Source: an uncultured Gemmatimonadales bacterium (GTDB lineage Bacteria; Gemmatimonadota; Gemmatimonadetes; Gemmatimonadales; GWC2-71-9). From it: a DNA stretch of 64,000 nt. The notes beneath the pieces are model-generated. The model made no database searches and was not told where the DNA came from. It worked only from the letters and a program-made list of their open reading frames with translations. Shown piece after piece: positions 1 to 8,298 of the stretch. The position numbers and the translations under genes are program-made. Each line of letters begins with the position of its first letter. The first letter of the stretch is position 1. The DNA lies in contig CAVOGH010000004.1 in NCBI GenBank assembly GCA_963695185.1, forward strand, positions 464,245-528,244, read 5' to 3'.

Positions 1-420
1 GCGGCGGACGCCCGCTGGGCCATCGACACCTGGTCGCCGGCCATGGTGGGCGTCCGGCTGCACGAGGTGTCCGACAGCGCAGAAGCCCGCCTGATCATCC
101 GCTGGTCGGACACGCTCGGCCCTGATCGCGCCGGCCTCACCGACGTGATCTGGGATCGTTCCGGGCGGATCCACCGAGCGGTGGTGTGGCTGGGCACCCG
201 CTCACCGACGACCGGACGCCCCCTGGCCCCCGCCGTCCGCCGGGCCGTCGCCCTGCACGAGCTGGGGCATGCGCTGGGCCTGCCCCACTCCGCCCGGCCG
301 GAGGATGTGATGCATCCCATTGCGACCCAGACGACGCCCTCCGGTCGGGATCGCTTCTCGCTGCGCCTGCTCTACAGCCTGCCCACCGGCTGGGTCGGGG
401 TCGCCGGTCCGCGTCGATGA
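1..420 (+). CDS. Matrixin-like zinc metalloprotease (M10-type zincin), 5' end outside window
   Basis: Frame is open from nt 1 (AADARWAIDTWSPAMVGV...). HELGHALGLPH fits the HExxHxxGxxH zinc motif. Stop TGA 418-420 overlaps the next gene's ATG (ATGA). Confidence 0.75.
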   Translation, partial: AADARWAIDTWSPAMVGVRLHEVSDSAEARLIIRWSDTLGPDRAGLTDVIWDRSGRIHRAVVWLGTRSPTTGRPLAPAVRRAVALHELGHALGLPHSARPEDVMHPIATQTTPSGRDRFSLRLLYSLPTGWVGVAGPRR

Positions 421-1541
421 TCCGGCTGGCGGTGGCGGCCCTGCTGCTGGCAGCGACCCCGCTCCTGGCGCAGGATTTTCGGGTGGCGGACTCCATCGTT
501 CAGTCCGGCATCATGCGCGGGGTGTATCCCGGGGCGGTGCTGCTCGTCGGCCGCCGCGACGGGGTGCGGCATCAGCGCGGCTTCGGGCACCTTACGTGGG
601 ACCAGACCAGCCCCATTCCCCACCCTGACTCCACCCTCTGGGATCTCGCATCCATCACCAAGGTACTCGGCACCGCGATGGCGGCGGCCACACTGGTTGA
701 GTCCCGCCGTATTGCCCTGGACGACCCGGTGGTCCGCTACCTCCCGCGATTCACGGGAGACGGGCGGGACGCCATCACCATCCGGCAGCTCCTCAATCAT
801 ACGAGCGGGCTCAGGAGTTACGCCCCGTTCTACCAGCTGGCCGACTCCCGTGACAGTGCCATCACCCTGCTCTACCGGGAACGGCCCCGCGGCCGGCCGG
901 GCCACCGGGCGGAGTACAGCGACATCAACTTCCTCCTGCTGGGGCTGCTGGTGGAGCAGGTCACCGGCGAATCGCTGGAGCACTACGTTGTCAGCATGGT
1001 GCTGGATCCCGCCGGGCTCCGCCACACCGGGTACCGGGTGGCGGATGCTCTCTCCGCCAGCACCGCGCCGACCGGCCGCTGGGGCGGCCGGCCGGTCTGC
1101 TGCCGGGTCAACGACCAGAACGCGGCCCGCATGGGCGGGGCGGCGGGTCACGCCGGGTTGTTCGGCAGCGGGGTGGATCTCGCCCGCTTTGCCCGCCTGT
1201 GGCTCGGCGAGGGTACGGTCGAAGAGCGCAGGGTGCTGGCCCCCTGGGTGGTCCGCGCTTTCCTCAGCCCCGACTCGCTGGTGCCCACCCGTTTTCTCGG
1301 CTGGGAGCGGCCCGACCCCCAGAACCGCGACGACACCGCCTTCGGGCGGCTGCTCTCGGAGCGCGCGTACGGCCATACCGGGTGGACGGGAACCCAGCTC
1401 TGGGTAGATCCGGAGCGCGACCTGTTCCTGGTCCTCCTCACCAACCGGAGCTATGCCCCACGCATGGGGAACTCGATCCGTCGGCTGCGCGGTATCCGGG
1501 GGGCCCTCGCCGACGCGGTGGTGGCGGCGAACGGCCGCTAG
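417..1541 (+). CDS. Serine hydrolase of the beta-lactamase/PBP-related family
   Basis: Internal ATG at 417 of ORF 186..1541. Signal-like N-terminus MIRLAVAALLLAATPLLAQ, SxxK motif (SITK) and a GHTGWTG box typical of this family. Confidence 0.85.
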   Translation: MIRLAVAALLLAATPLLAQDFRVADSIVQSGIMRGVYPGAVLLVGRRDGVRHQRGFGHLTWDQTSPIPHPDSTLWDLASITKVLGTAMAAATLVESRRIALDDPVVRYLPRFTGDGRDAITIRQLLNHTSGLRSYAPFYQLADSRDSAITLLYRERPRGRPGHRAEYSDINFLLLGLLVEQVTGESLEHYVVSMVLDPAGLRHTGYRVADALSASTAPTGRWGGRPVCCRVNDQNAARMGGAAGHAGLFGSGVDLARFARLWLGEGTVEERRVLAPWVVRAFLSPDSLVPTRFLGWERPDPQNRDDTAFGRLLSERAYGHTGWTGTQLWVDPERDLFLVLLTNRSYAPRMGNSIRRLRGIRGALADAVVAANGR

Positions 1542-1555
1542 CGCCAAACTGAGAG

Positions 1556-2179
1556 ATGGCCACCATCGAGCAGTGGCGCGCGGCCTGGCAGGCGCTGGGG
1601 GTGTCGCCGCCCGGCGACGCCCTGTTCCAACAGGTGATGGACCGATATTCCGAGCCATACCGGGTATACCACAATGCCGGCCACCTCGACGAGTGCCTGG
1701 CGCTCCTCCCGGCGGTCCGGTCGGAGGCCCTCCATCCGGCGGAGGTGGAGCTGGCGCTGTGGTTCCACGACGCGATCTACGACCCCCGAGCGCCTGACAA
1801 CGAACACCGAAGCGCCCAGTGGGCCAGGGCGGCGTGCCTCGACGCGGGGCTCGCCGAGGAGGTGGCAGGACGGGTCGGTACGCTGGTGCTCGCGACCCGG
1901 CACGAGGCGGCTCCCGACTCCGACTCCGCCGACGCTCGCGTCATGGCCGACATCGACCTGGCCATTCTCGGCGCCGACCCCGCGCGCTTCCAGGAATACG
2001 AGCGGCGGATTCGCCAGGAATACGCCTGGGTACCGGCGCAGTTCTTTCGTCGGGAGCGCCGCCGGATCCTTGAGGGGTTCCTGGCCCGCCCCCGGATCTT
2101 TCACACCAGGCACTTCTCGACCCGCGAGGCCGCCGCGCGGGAGAATCTGCGCCGCGCCATTCGGCGCCTGGGCGGGTGA
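1556..2179 (+). CDS. HD-type metal-dependent phosphohydrolase-like protein
   Basis: 207-aa ORF with YHNAGH...WFHDAIYD His/Asp signature, and an RBS-like GAGAG upstream. Confidence 0.6.
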   Translation: MATIEQWRAAWQALGVSPPGDALFQQVMDRYSEPYRVYHNAGHLDECLALLPAVRSEALHPAEVELALWFHDAIYDPRAPDNEHRSAQWARAACLDAGLAEEVAGRVGTLVLATRHEAAPDSDSADARVMADIDLAILGADPARFQEYERRIRQEYAWVPAQFFRRERRRILEGFLARPRIFHTRHFSTREAAARENLRRAIRRLGG

Positions 2180-3524
2180 GAGCGAGGGAGCCACGAGCAA
2201 CGTACCCCACACCGACGATCCGCGGACCGCTTTCCTCGCCGCCGCCACCTGGCACGGGGATCTGGCGGTGGCCAAGGAGATCCTGGCCCGCCACCCGGAG
2301 GTCGCGGGGCGGGACCTTCACACCGCTGCGGTCCTGGGGGCTGATGCGGCGGTGCACCGATTTCTCGCCGCCGATCCCCAGTCCGCGGCGGCGCGCAGCG
2401 AGCCCTACGGCGGAACCGCACTGACCTACCTGTGCCTTTCCAGGTATCTCCGGCTGGACCCGGCGCGCTCTGACGGCTTCCTGCGTGCCGCCACGGCGCT
2501 CCTGGATGCCGGCGCCGATCCCAACGGCGGGTTCTGGACCGAGGGTCAATTCCCCGAGTTCGAGACTCCGCTGTACGGCGCCGCCGGCGTGGCGCAGCAC
2601 GAGGGGCTGACGCGGTTGCTGCTGGCGCGCGGCGCGGATCCGAACGATGTCGAGGTGGTCTACCATTCGCCCGAGTCCCATGACAACGCGGCGATGAAGG
2701 CGGTGGTGGAGACCGGACGGCTGAGCGCCGAGAGCCTGGCGATGATGCTGGTCCGCAAGCACGACTGGCACGATGGGCAGGGGGTCCGGTATCTCCTCCA
2801 GCATGGCGCCGATCCCAACCGGGCGCGGAATCGTGGCCTCTCCCCGCTGCACCACGCCATCGCCCGGGATAACAGCGTGGCGATCATCGAGCTGCTGCTC
2901 GACCATGGCGCCAATCCAGCCCTTCTCCACGACGGCCAGTCCGCCGCCGCCCGCGCCGCGCGCCGCGGCCGGGGTGATCTGTTGGTCCTGTTCGAGCGGT
3001 GTGGGTTCCCGGTGGAGTTGTCCGGAATCGATCGGCTGATCGCGGCCTGCGCCCGCAACGACGCCGAGGCCATCCGCGTCCTCAGCGACGCCGAACCCCG
3101 CCTGGTGACGGAGCTGCTGGCCCAGGGCGGGTCGCTGCTGGCGGAGTTTGCGGGAACCTGGAACACCGACGGGGTGCGGCACCTGCTCGACCTCGGTGTC
3201 CCCATCACGGCGCGCTACGACGGGGACGGGTACTTTGACATCGCGGAAGACGCCATGGCCCTGCATGTCGCCGCCTGGAAGGCACACCCGCCCACCGTGC
3301 GACTGCTGATTGAACGGGGATCCCCGGTCAATGCCCCAGACGGTCGGGGCCGCACCCCGCTCGTGCTGGCGGTCAAGGCATGCGTGGATTCCCACTGGAC
3401 CGATCGCCGCAGTCCGGAATCGGTCGCGATGCTGCTGGATGCCGGGGCCACGGTCGCCGGGGTCCCCTACCCTTCAGGTTACGCCGAGGTGGATGCCCTG
3501 CTCCGAGCCCAGGGTTCGTCATAG
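2178..3524 (+). CDS. Ankyrin-repeat protein (start codon unresolved)
   Basis: Repeated LLxxGADPN/HxAxxxG ankyrin units (LLDAGADPN, LLARGADPN, LLQHGADPN, LLDHGANP, LIERGSPVN, LLDAGATV). The first ~170 aa of ORF 1674..3524 overlap the HD gene out of frame. No ATG/GTG/TTG lies between 2180 and the GTG at ~2268. Confidence 0.75.
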   Translation, partial: ESEGATSNVPHTDDPRTAFLAAATWHGDLAVAKEILARHPEVAGRDLHTAAVLGADAAVHRFLAADPQSAAARSEPYGGTALTYLCLSRYLRLDPARSDGFLRAATALLDAGADPNGGFWTEGQFPEFETPLYGAAGVAQHEGLTRLLLARGADPNDVEVVYHSPESHDNAAMKAVVETGRLSAESLAMMLVRKHDWHDGQGVRYLLQHGADPNRARNRGLSPLHHAIARDNSVAIIELLLDHGANPALLHDGQSAAARAARRGRGDLLVLFERCGFPVELSGIDRLIAACARNDAEAIRVLSDAEPRLVTELLAQGGSLLAEFAGTWNTDGVRHLLDLGVPITARYDGDGYFDIAEDAMALHVAAWKAHPPTVRLLIERGSPVNAPDGRGRTPLVLAVKACVDSHWTDRRSPESVAMLLDAGATVAGVPYPSGYAEVDALLRAQGSS

Positions 3525-3642
3525 AAACAGCACCGCGAAGGCGCGAAGGGCCGCCATTCTGCTCTTCGGTGAGCAGTGTACGGCGCCGATACGATGACAG
3601 CGCCCGGCCGACCGATTAGGCTTGGGGCAGGAGGAACTCACC

Positions 3643-3942
3643 ATGCAGACATCCGAAACGATTCGGAAGGCGCTCCGCGGCGTCAAAGACCCGGAGCTCA
3701 ATCTCAACATCATTGACATCGGCCTGGTCTACGACGTCGAGATCAACGACGCCGGCGCCGTGCACGTGAAAATGACGCTCACCAGCCCCGCCTGCCCCGC
3801 CGGTCCGGAGATCGTGGGAGACGTGAAGCGCTGCGTCGAGGACCTGGAGGGTGTCACGGCGTGCGAGGTGGAGATCGTCTGGGAGCCCTACTGGACCCCG
3901 GAGAAGATGGATCCGCGGGTGCGTGCCTTCCTGGGAGGGTGA
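3643..3942 (+). CDS. DUF59/MIP18-family Fe-S assembly protein (SufT/PaaD-like)
   Basis: ATG 3643 follows GGAGGA. DPELNLNIIDIGLVY and TLTSPACP motifs are typical of DUF59. Confidence 0.85.
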   Translation: MQTSETIRKALRGVKDPELNLNIIDIGLVYDVEINDAGAVHVKMTLTSPACPAGPEIVGDVKRCVEDLEGVTACEVEIVWEPYWTPEKMDPRVRAFLGG

Positions 3943-3985
3943 GCGGAGGCGGTGCCCCCCCCCACTACTCGCCGTAATCATCACC

Positions 3986-4017
3986 AAAGGGTGGGACCCA
4001 TTCGGGGCCCACCCTTT
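3986..4017. terminator. Bidirectional hairpin terminator between convergent genes
   Basis: AAAGGGTGGG-ACCCATTCGGGG-CCCACCCTTT. A 10-bp GC-rich stem flanked by an A-run and a T-run, lying between the DUF59 gene (+) and rnd (-). Confidence 0.6.
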
Positions 4018-4046
4018 GACTTGGCTGCTTCCGCCCCGTGTTGGGC

Positions 4047-5183
4047 TTACGGTCCCTCCGCCTGCACCGCCGCCACCAGCCGGTTCCCGACCACCTCCCG
4101 CTGCCAGCGGCGCATGCCTTCCACCTGTGCCAGATCCTCGACCTGCTTCGGCTCCAGCCGGGCGATCGCCTCCAGCAGGCCGTTGGGGCAAAGCACGCCC
4201 GGCGCCAGCGGCAGCTCCCCGGCGATCCGGTTGCGCTCCTGCTTGAGCCGTTCCAGCCGTGCCTCGTAGGCCAGGTCCGGCGGCGGTCGGCGGGTGCGCT
4301 CGAACTGTGGAATGCTCTCGGCCGGCGCGTTCACTCCGCGGCGCACCGCGGCGAGGAGGTCCTCGCCCCGTCGTCGCAGCTGGTCGGGCGAGAGCGCCTT
4401 GAGCTCCCGGAGGGCGGCCTCATCCGCCGGCATCGCCCTGGCGATGGTCAGCAGCGACTCGTTCTGCAGCACCCGGAAAGGCGCACGGTCGAGTTGCTTC
4501 GCCACCTGCTCCCGCCATTCGTGCAGCTCACGGAGCACGGTGTACTGATGGCCTCGCAGCGTGCGGGCCCCCTTGATGCGCAGGTAGGCCTCCTCCGGGG
4601 GGCCCGCTGGCGACCAGCGCACACCCTGCAGCAGCCCAAACTCCTCCTCAGCCCACGTCCAGCGTCCCATGTCCGTCAGCTGCTGCCGGATGATATCCCG
4701 GAGCTTCGGCAGGTAACGGGTGTCGTCGGCGGCGTACTCCAGCATGCCAGCGAGGAGCGGCCGCATGGACCAGTCGGCGCGCTGATACTTCTTGTCCACC
4801 GTCAGGCCGAAGTGCTTCTGCAGTAGCGCCGCCAGGCCGATACCCGGCTCGTTGAGCAGCTGGGCGGCGATCCGCGTGTCGAACAGGTTGGCGGCGGTGT
4901 ACCCCAGGTCGCGATGGAGGATGCGGAGGTCGTAATCGGCATCGTGAAACACCGTCTCCACCGCCGGGTCGGCCAGCAGCGCGCCCAGCGCGCCCAAGTC
5001 CGGCACCGCCAGCGGATCGATGACCGCTGTCGCGTCGCGCGATGAGACCTGGATCAGGTAGATCCGGTCGTTGTACCGATGAAAACTCGCCGCTTCGGTA
5101 TCCACCGCGAGCAGCGGGGTGCCCCGCAGCCCGCTGATGAACCGGTCGAACGCCGCCTGTGACTCGAGCAGCAGTTCACTCAC
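4047..5183 (-). CDS. rnd: Ribonuclease D (DEDD 3'-5' exonuclease + HRDC)
   Basis: LAVDTEAASFHRYNDRIYLIQV, HDADYDL and YAADDTRYL exonuclease motifs, plus an HRDC-like C-terminus. GTG at 5183 gives ~378 aa. The upstream part of ORF 4047..5327 is R/P/S-rich junk. Confidence 0.9.
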   Translation of the reverse strand: MSELLLESQAAFDRFISGLRGTPLLAVDTEAASFHRYNDRIYLIQVSSRDATAVIDPLAVPDLGALGALLADPAVETVFHDADYDLRILHRDLGYTAANLFDTRIAAQLLNEPGIGLAALLQKHFGLTVDKKYQRADWSMRPLLAGMLEYAADDTRYLPKLRDIIRQQLTDMGRWTWAEEEFGLLQGVRWSPAGPPEEAYLRIKGARTLRGHQYTVLRELHEWREQVAKQLDRAPFRVLQNESLLTIARAMPADEAALRELKALSPDQLRRRGEDLLAAVRRGVNAPAESIPQFERTRRPPPDLAYEARLERLKQERNRIAGELPLAPGVLCPNGLLEAIARLEPKQVEDLAQVEGMRRWQREVVGNRLVAAVQAEGP

Positions 5184-5346
5184 GCGCGCTAACCATCTCG
5201 AGCCCGCTGGCGATCTCCTCCAGCGCCTTGGCGAGGGTCTTGTAGAACTCGGCGTCAGGAGCCGGCGTCCCGCCCATCGCGGCGTCCATCTGGATCTTGC
5301 GCGCGAGCCTGGCGGCGTGGCGGACATAGTCGGTCGGTGGTTTCAT
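5176..5346 (-). CDS. Small (56 aa) helical protein, not in the ORF track, translationally coupled to rnd
   Basis: Hand translation: MKPPTDYVRHAARLARKIQMDAAMGGTPAPDAEFYKTLAKALEEIASGLEMVSRARE*. Third codon positions are GC-rich. Its stop overlaps the rnd GTG (cGTGAGTGA). Confidence 0.4.
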   Translation of the reverse strand: MKPPTDYVRHAARLARKIQMDAAMGGTPAPDAEFYKTLAKALEEIASGLEMVSARE

Positions 5347-5431
5347 CGCAGCACCGGAGGAGGTGGATGGAGGAAGGTGGAATAAACTCCGCCACTGGCC
5401 GGTTGACCAGCCGGACGGCTAGCGTACTGGC

Positions 5432-6469
5432 ATGTCCGTCCCCCTCGCCGACCTGGTTCCCGGGTTGCCACCACGGCAACCGCTGGGGCGATTTCCTTCC
5501 CCGCTCGAGGAGTATCCGGAGCTGGCGGCGGACATCGGGCTGGCGGGACTCGCCGTCAAGCGGGAGGACCAGAATGGTACTCCGTTCGGTGGCAACAAGC
5601 TCCGGGCACTGGAGTTCCTCCTGCCGACCCTGGGGAAAAGCGTTGTCACCGTCGGCGGATATGGCTCCACCTGGTGCGCCGCCCTCTCGGTGTGTGCCGC
5701 CGGGACCGGCCGCAGCACCTATCCGGCGCTCTTTCCCCAGCCCTGGAACGAGACAGTGGCGGGCACGCTCTCCACCACCATCCGCCACGGCGAGCCGGTG
5801 CTGGCCCGGAGCAAGGCGGCGCTCCCCATCGCCGCCGCCCAAGCCTGGTGGAGGGCTCGTCGCACCGGCCCGCCCTCGTGGCTGGCGGCGGGCGGTGCCA
5901 CGCCACTGTCGGTCCTCGGTAGCGTCAACGCGGCGCTTGAGCTGGTGGCGCAGGTGGACGGAGCCGGCGCGCACAGACCCGACGCGGTGATTGTCCCTTG
6001 TGGCTCGTGCGGCACGGCGGCGGGTTTGCTGCTTGGTTTCGGCATGGCCCGCTGGCAGGTGACCGTCTGTGCCGTCCGGGCGACTGAGCCCTGGTATGCC
6101 ACGGAGCGCCGGGTGCTCGGTCTGGCCGGGCGCGCCCACGACCTGCTCCGCCGGTCAGGCATGGTGAGCAGGCCAGAGCTCCCGCCGCTTCGCCTCATTG
6201 CCGACCAGCTGGGCCCCGGATACGGCCACCCCACGCCCGCCGCGCGCCGGGCGCAGCGGTGGATGGCGGGTGTGGGTCTCACCGTCGACCTCACCTACAC
6301 TGCCAAGGCCGCGGCTGCGCTCGCCAGGCTCGGCGCTTCCTTTCCGCGCCTCCTGTTCTGGCATACCTTTGACACCAGGCTGGTGCACACCCCGGTACTC
6401 GACCATCCACTCCTGCACCGGGCCCACCTGTGCGCGGAGTCGCTGTGGCCTCACCAGAAGTTGATCTGA
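5432..6469 (+). CDS. PLP-dependent ACC deaminase / D-cysteine desulfhydrase family protein
   Basis: The GGNKLRALEFLL motif carries the PLP-lysine context of this family. Size is right at 345 aa. Confidence 0.8.
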   Translation: MSVPLADLVPGLPPRQPLGRFPSPLEEYPELAADIGLAGLAVKREDQNGTPFGGNKLRALEFLLPTLGKSVVTVGGYGSTWCAALSVCAAGTGRSTYPALFPQPWNETVAGTLSTTIRHGEPVLARSKAALPIAAAQAWWRARRTGPPSWLAAGGATPLSVLGSVNAALELVAQVDGAGAHRPDAVIVPCGSCGTAAGLLLGFGMARWQVTVCAVRATEPWYATERRVLGLAGRAHDLLRRSGMVSRPELPPLRLIADQLGPGYGHPTPAARRAQRWMAGVGLTVDLTYTAKAAAALARLGASFPRLLFWHTFDTRLVHTPVLDHPLLHRAHLCAESLWPHQKLI

Positions 6470-7653
6470 CAGTCTACCCCGATCAGTGCGATGCCTTTGG
6501 CCACCTGAATCAGGCGGCGTTCGTCGCCCTGTTCGAGCGCGCCCGGTGGGAAGTGCTGGCGCGCGGGCCCGGCATGGACTACTTCCAGCGCCATTCGGTC
6601 TGGCCGGTGGTACGGAAGTCGCTCGTCGAATACCATGCCCAGGCCTTTCTGGGCGATGTGCTGCGATTCGCTCAGGTGCTGGTGCATGTCGGCCGCACCA
6701 GCTTCACCCTGCGCCAGACCGCACGCCGGGTACGGGACGACGTGCTGGTCTCGACCGCCGAGGTGGTCTTCGTCTGCGTTGATCCGCAGGGAACCCCGGT
6801 CCCCGTCCCCGAATCGCTCCAGCAAGTCATCAGCGACCGCCAGCTGGCCGGCCACCTCCGGCGCGTCGCGGTCAACGGGGTCAACCTCGCGGTGGACGTG
6901 CGCGGCCAGGGGCCGGCCCTCCTGTTGATCCACGGCTATCCCCTGGACCACACCCTCTGGGAGCACCAGCTTGGCCATTTGGAGGGCTGGCTCCGGATCG
7001 CCCCCGATCTTCGCGGCATGGGCCAGTCCGACGCCCCGGACCTCGGCTACAGCATGGCAACGTACGCTGACGATCTGCTGGCTCTCCTCACCGCGCTGGG
7101 GGTGGAGAAGGTGGTGCTCTGCGGCCAGTCCATGGGCGGCTACGTGGCCTTCGAGATCCTCCGCCGCGCCCGAGACCGGGTACGTGCCCTTGTGCTCATG
7201 GATACCCGGGCCGAAGCAGACACCGTGGAGGGACGCCGGGCCCGCGACCTGGCCACGGTGCAGGCCCGGGAGGGCGGCGCCGGGGCCATTGCCGAGTTGA
7301 TGCTGCCGAAGCTGCTCGCCCGGGCGACTCCCAGGGAGAACCCCGCCCTGGCCGAGCAGGTGCGCCGGCAGATGGCCGCCACCCCGGTGGCCGGGATCCT
7401 CGGTGCCATCGCCGCGCTCAAGGACCGGCCCGACAGTCTCTCCCTCCTCCCCACCCTGGAGGGGATTCCGGTGTTGGTGGTGGTCGGAGACGACGATCAG
7501 ATCACCCCACCGGCCTCCGCCCAGGCCCTGGCTGACGCGATTCCGGGCGCCCGGCTTTCGGTGATCGCCGGGGCGGGCCACGTTCCCCCCTTGGAACGTC
7601 CGGAAGCCGCGACGGCGGCCCTGGCCGGGTTCCTGGCAGGAGTGGCCCGATAA
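6430..7653 (+). CDS. Fusion protein: 4HBT/YbgC-like acyl-CoA thioesterase (N-terminal) + alpha/beta-hydrolase (C-terminal)
   Basis: N-terminus VYPDQCDAFGHLNQAAF is hotdog-fold thioesterase-like. C-terminus has LLLIHGYPLD, the nucleophile elbow GQSMGG and GAGHVPPLE. The start is uncertain (GTG 6430 or 6445) and overlaps the preceding gene. Confidence 0.8.
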   Translation: MRGVAVASPEVDLTVYPDQCDAFGHLNQAAFVALFERARWEVLARGPGMDYFQRHSVWPVVRKSLVEYHAQAFLGDVLRFAQVLVHVGRTSFTLRQTARRVRDDVLVSTAEVVFVCVDPQGTPVPVPESLQQVISDRQLAGHLRRVAVNGVNLAVDVRGQGPALLLIHGYPLDHTLWEHQLGHLEGWLRIAPDLRGMGQSDAPDLGYSMATYADDLLALLTALGVEKVVLCGQSMGGYVAFEILRRARDRVRALVLMDTRAEADTVEGRRARDLATVQAREGGAGAIAELMLPKLLARATPRENPALAEQVRRQMAATPVAGILGAIAALKDRPDSLSLLPTLEGIPVLVVVGDDDQITPPASAQALADAIPGARLSVIAGAGHVPPLERPEAATAALAGFLAGVAR

Positions 7654-7848
7654 GGGCCGGGAGAGGGGGGTGCAACTTTTTCGGGGATCCGGGCGTCTAT
7701 CTCTGTGACGGCCGACCGCTGTACCTGACTGCGCCGTTACCAGTAAAATCCTCCCTTTCGCCCAGGCGCCGCGGCCTATGCAGTTCGGCGTCTGGGCGCC
7801 CTTCTTGGTGGGAGGGGGTGCCAGGATTCCGGGCTCGGACGGGCACCC

Positions 7849-7887
7849 AAGAAAGGGTGGGATCCGCTGGGATCCCACCCTTTTCTT
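7849..7887. terminator. Bidirectional hairpin terminator between convergent genes
   Basis: AAGAAAGGGTGGGATCC-gct-GGGATCCCACCCTTTTCTT. Shares the AAAGGGTGGGA/CCCACCCTTT core with the hairpin at 3986-4017. Confidence 0.6.
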
Positions 7888-7908
7888 AGCCGGCCGCGGA
7901 GGCCGCCC

Positions 7909-8172
<264 letters not shown>

Positions 8173-8298
8173 TCATCCACTCCTTGACACCTATGAAACC
8201 GGCCTGGGGCCGGGCGCCCTGTGGGGTGCTCGATTCTCCGGGGCCAAGTATTGCCAGAGGCTCGGGCCCGGCGCAAGGGGGCGATTAACTTAACCGCC

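Noticed and set aside
372-1658. Long antisense or overlapping ORFs throughout the window. Examples: 372..1658(-), 1941..3395(-), 17137..18390(-), 19268..20839(-), 23174..24838(-), 42784..44178(-), 54578..55813(+), 57492..58925(+) and 11241..12995(+).
   Set aside because: Their translations are Arg/Pro/Gly/Ala-rich low-complexity strings with no motifs. Each lies opposite or out of frame to a gene with clear family signatures. This is the expected artefact of stop-codon-poor high-GC DNA.
1674-3524. Reading the full 616-aa ORF as one protein.
   Set aside because: The first ~170 residues are R/S/P-rich nonsense that overlaps the well-supported HD-domain gene in another frame. Only the ankyrin part from about 2180 onwards is credible.
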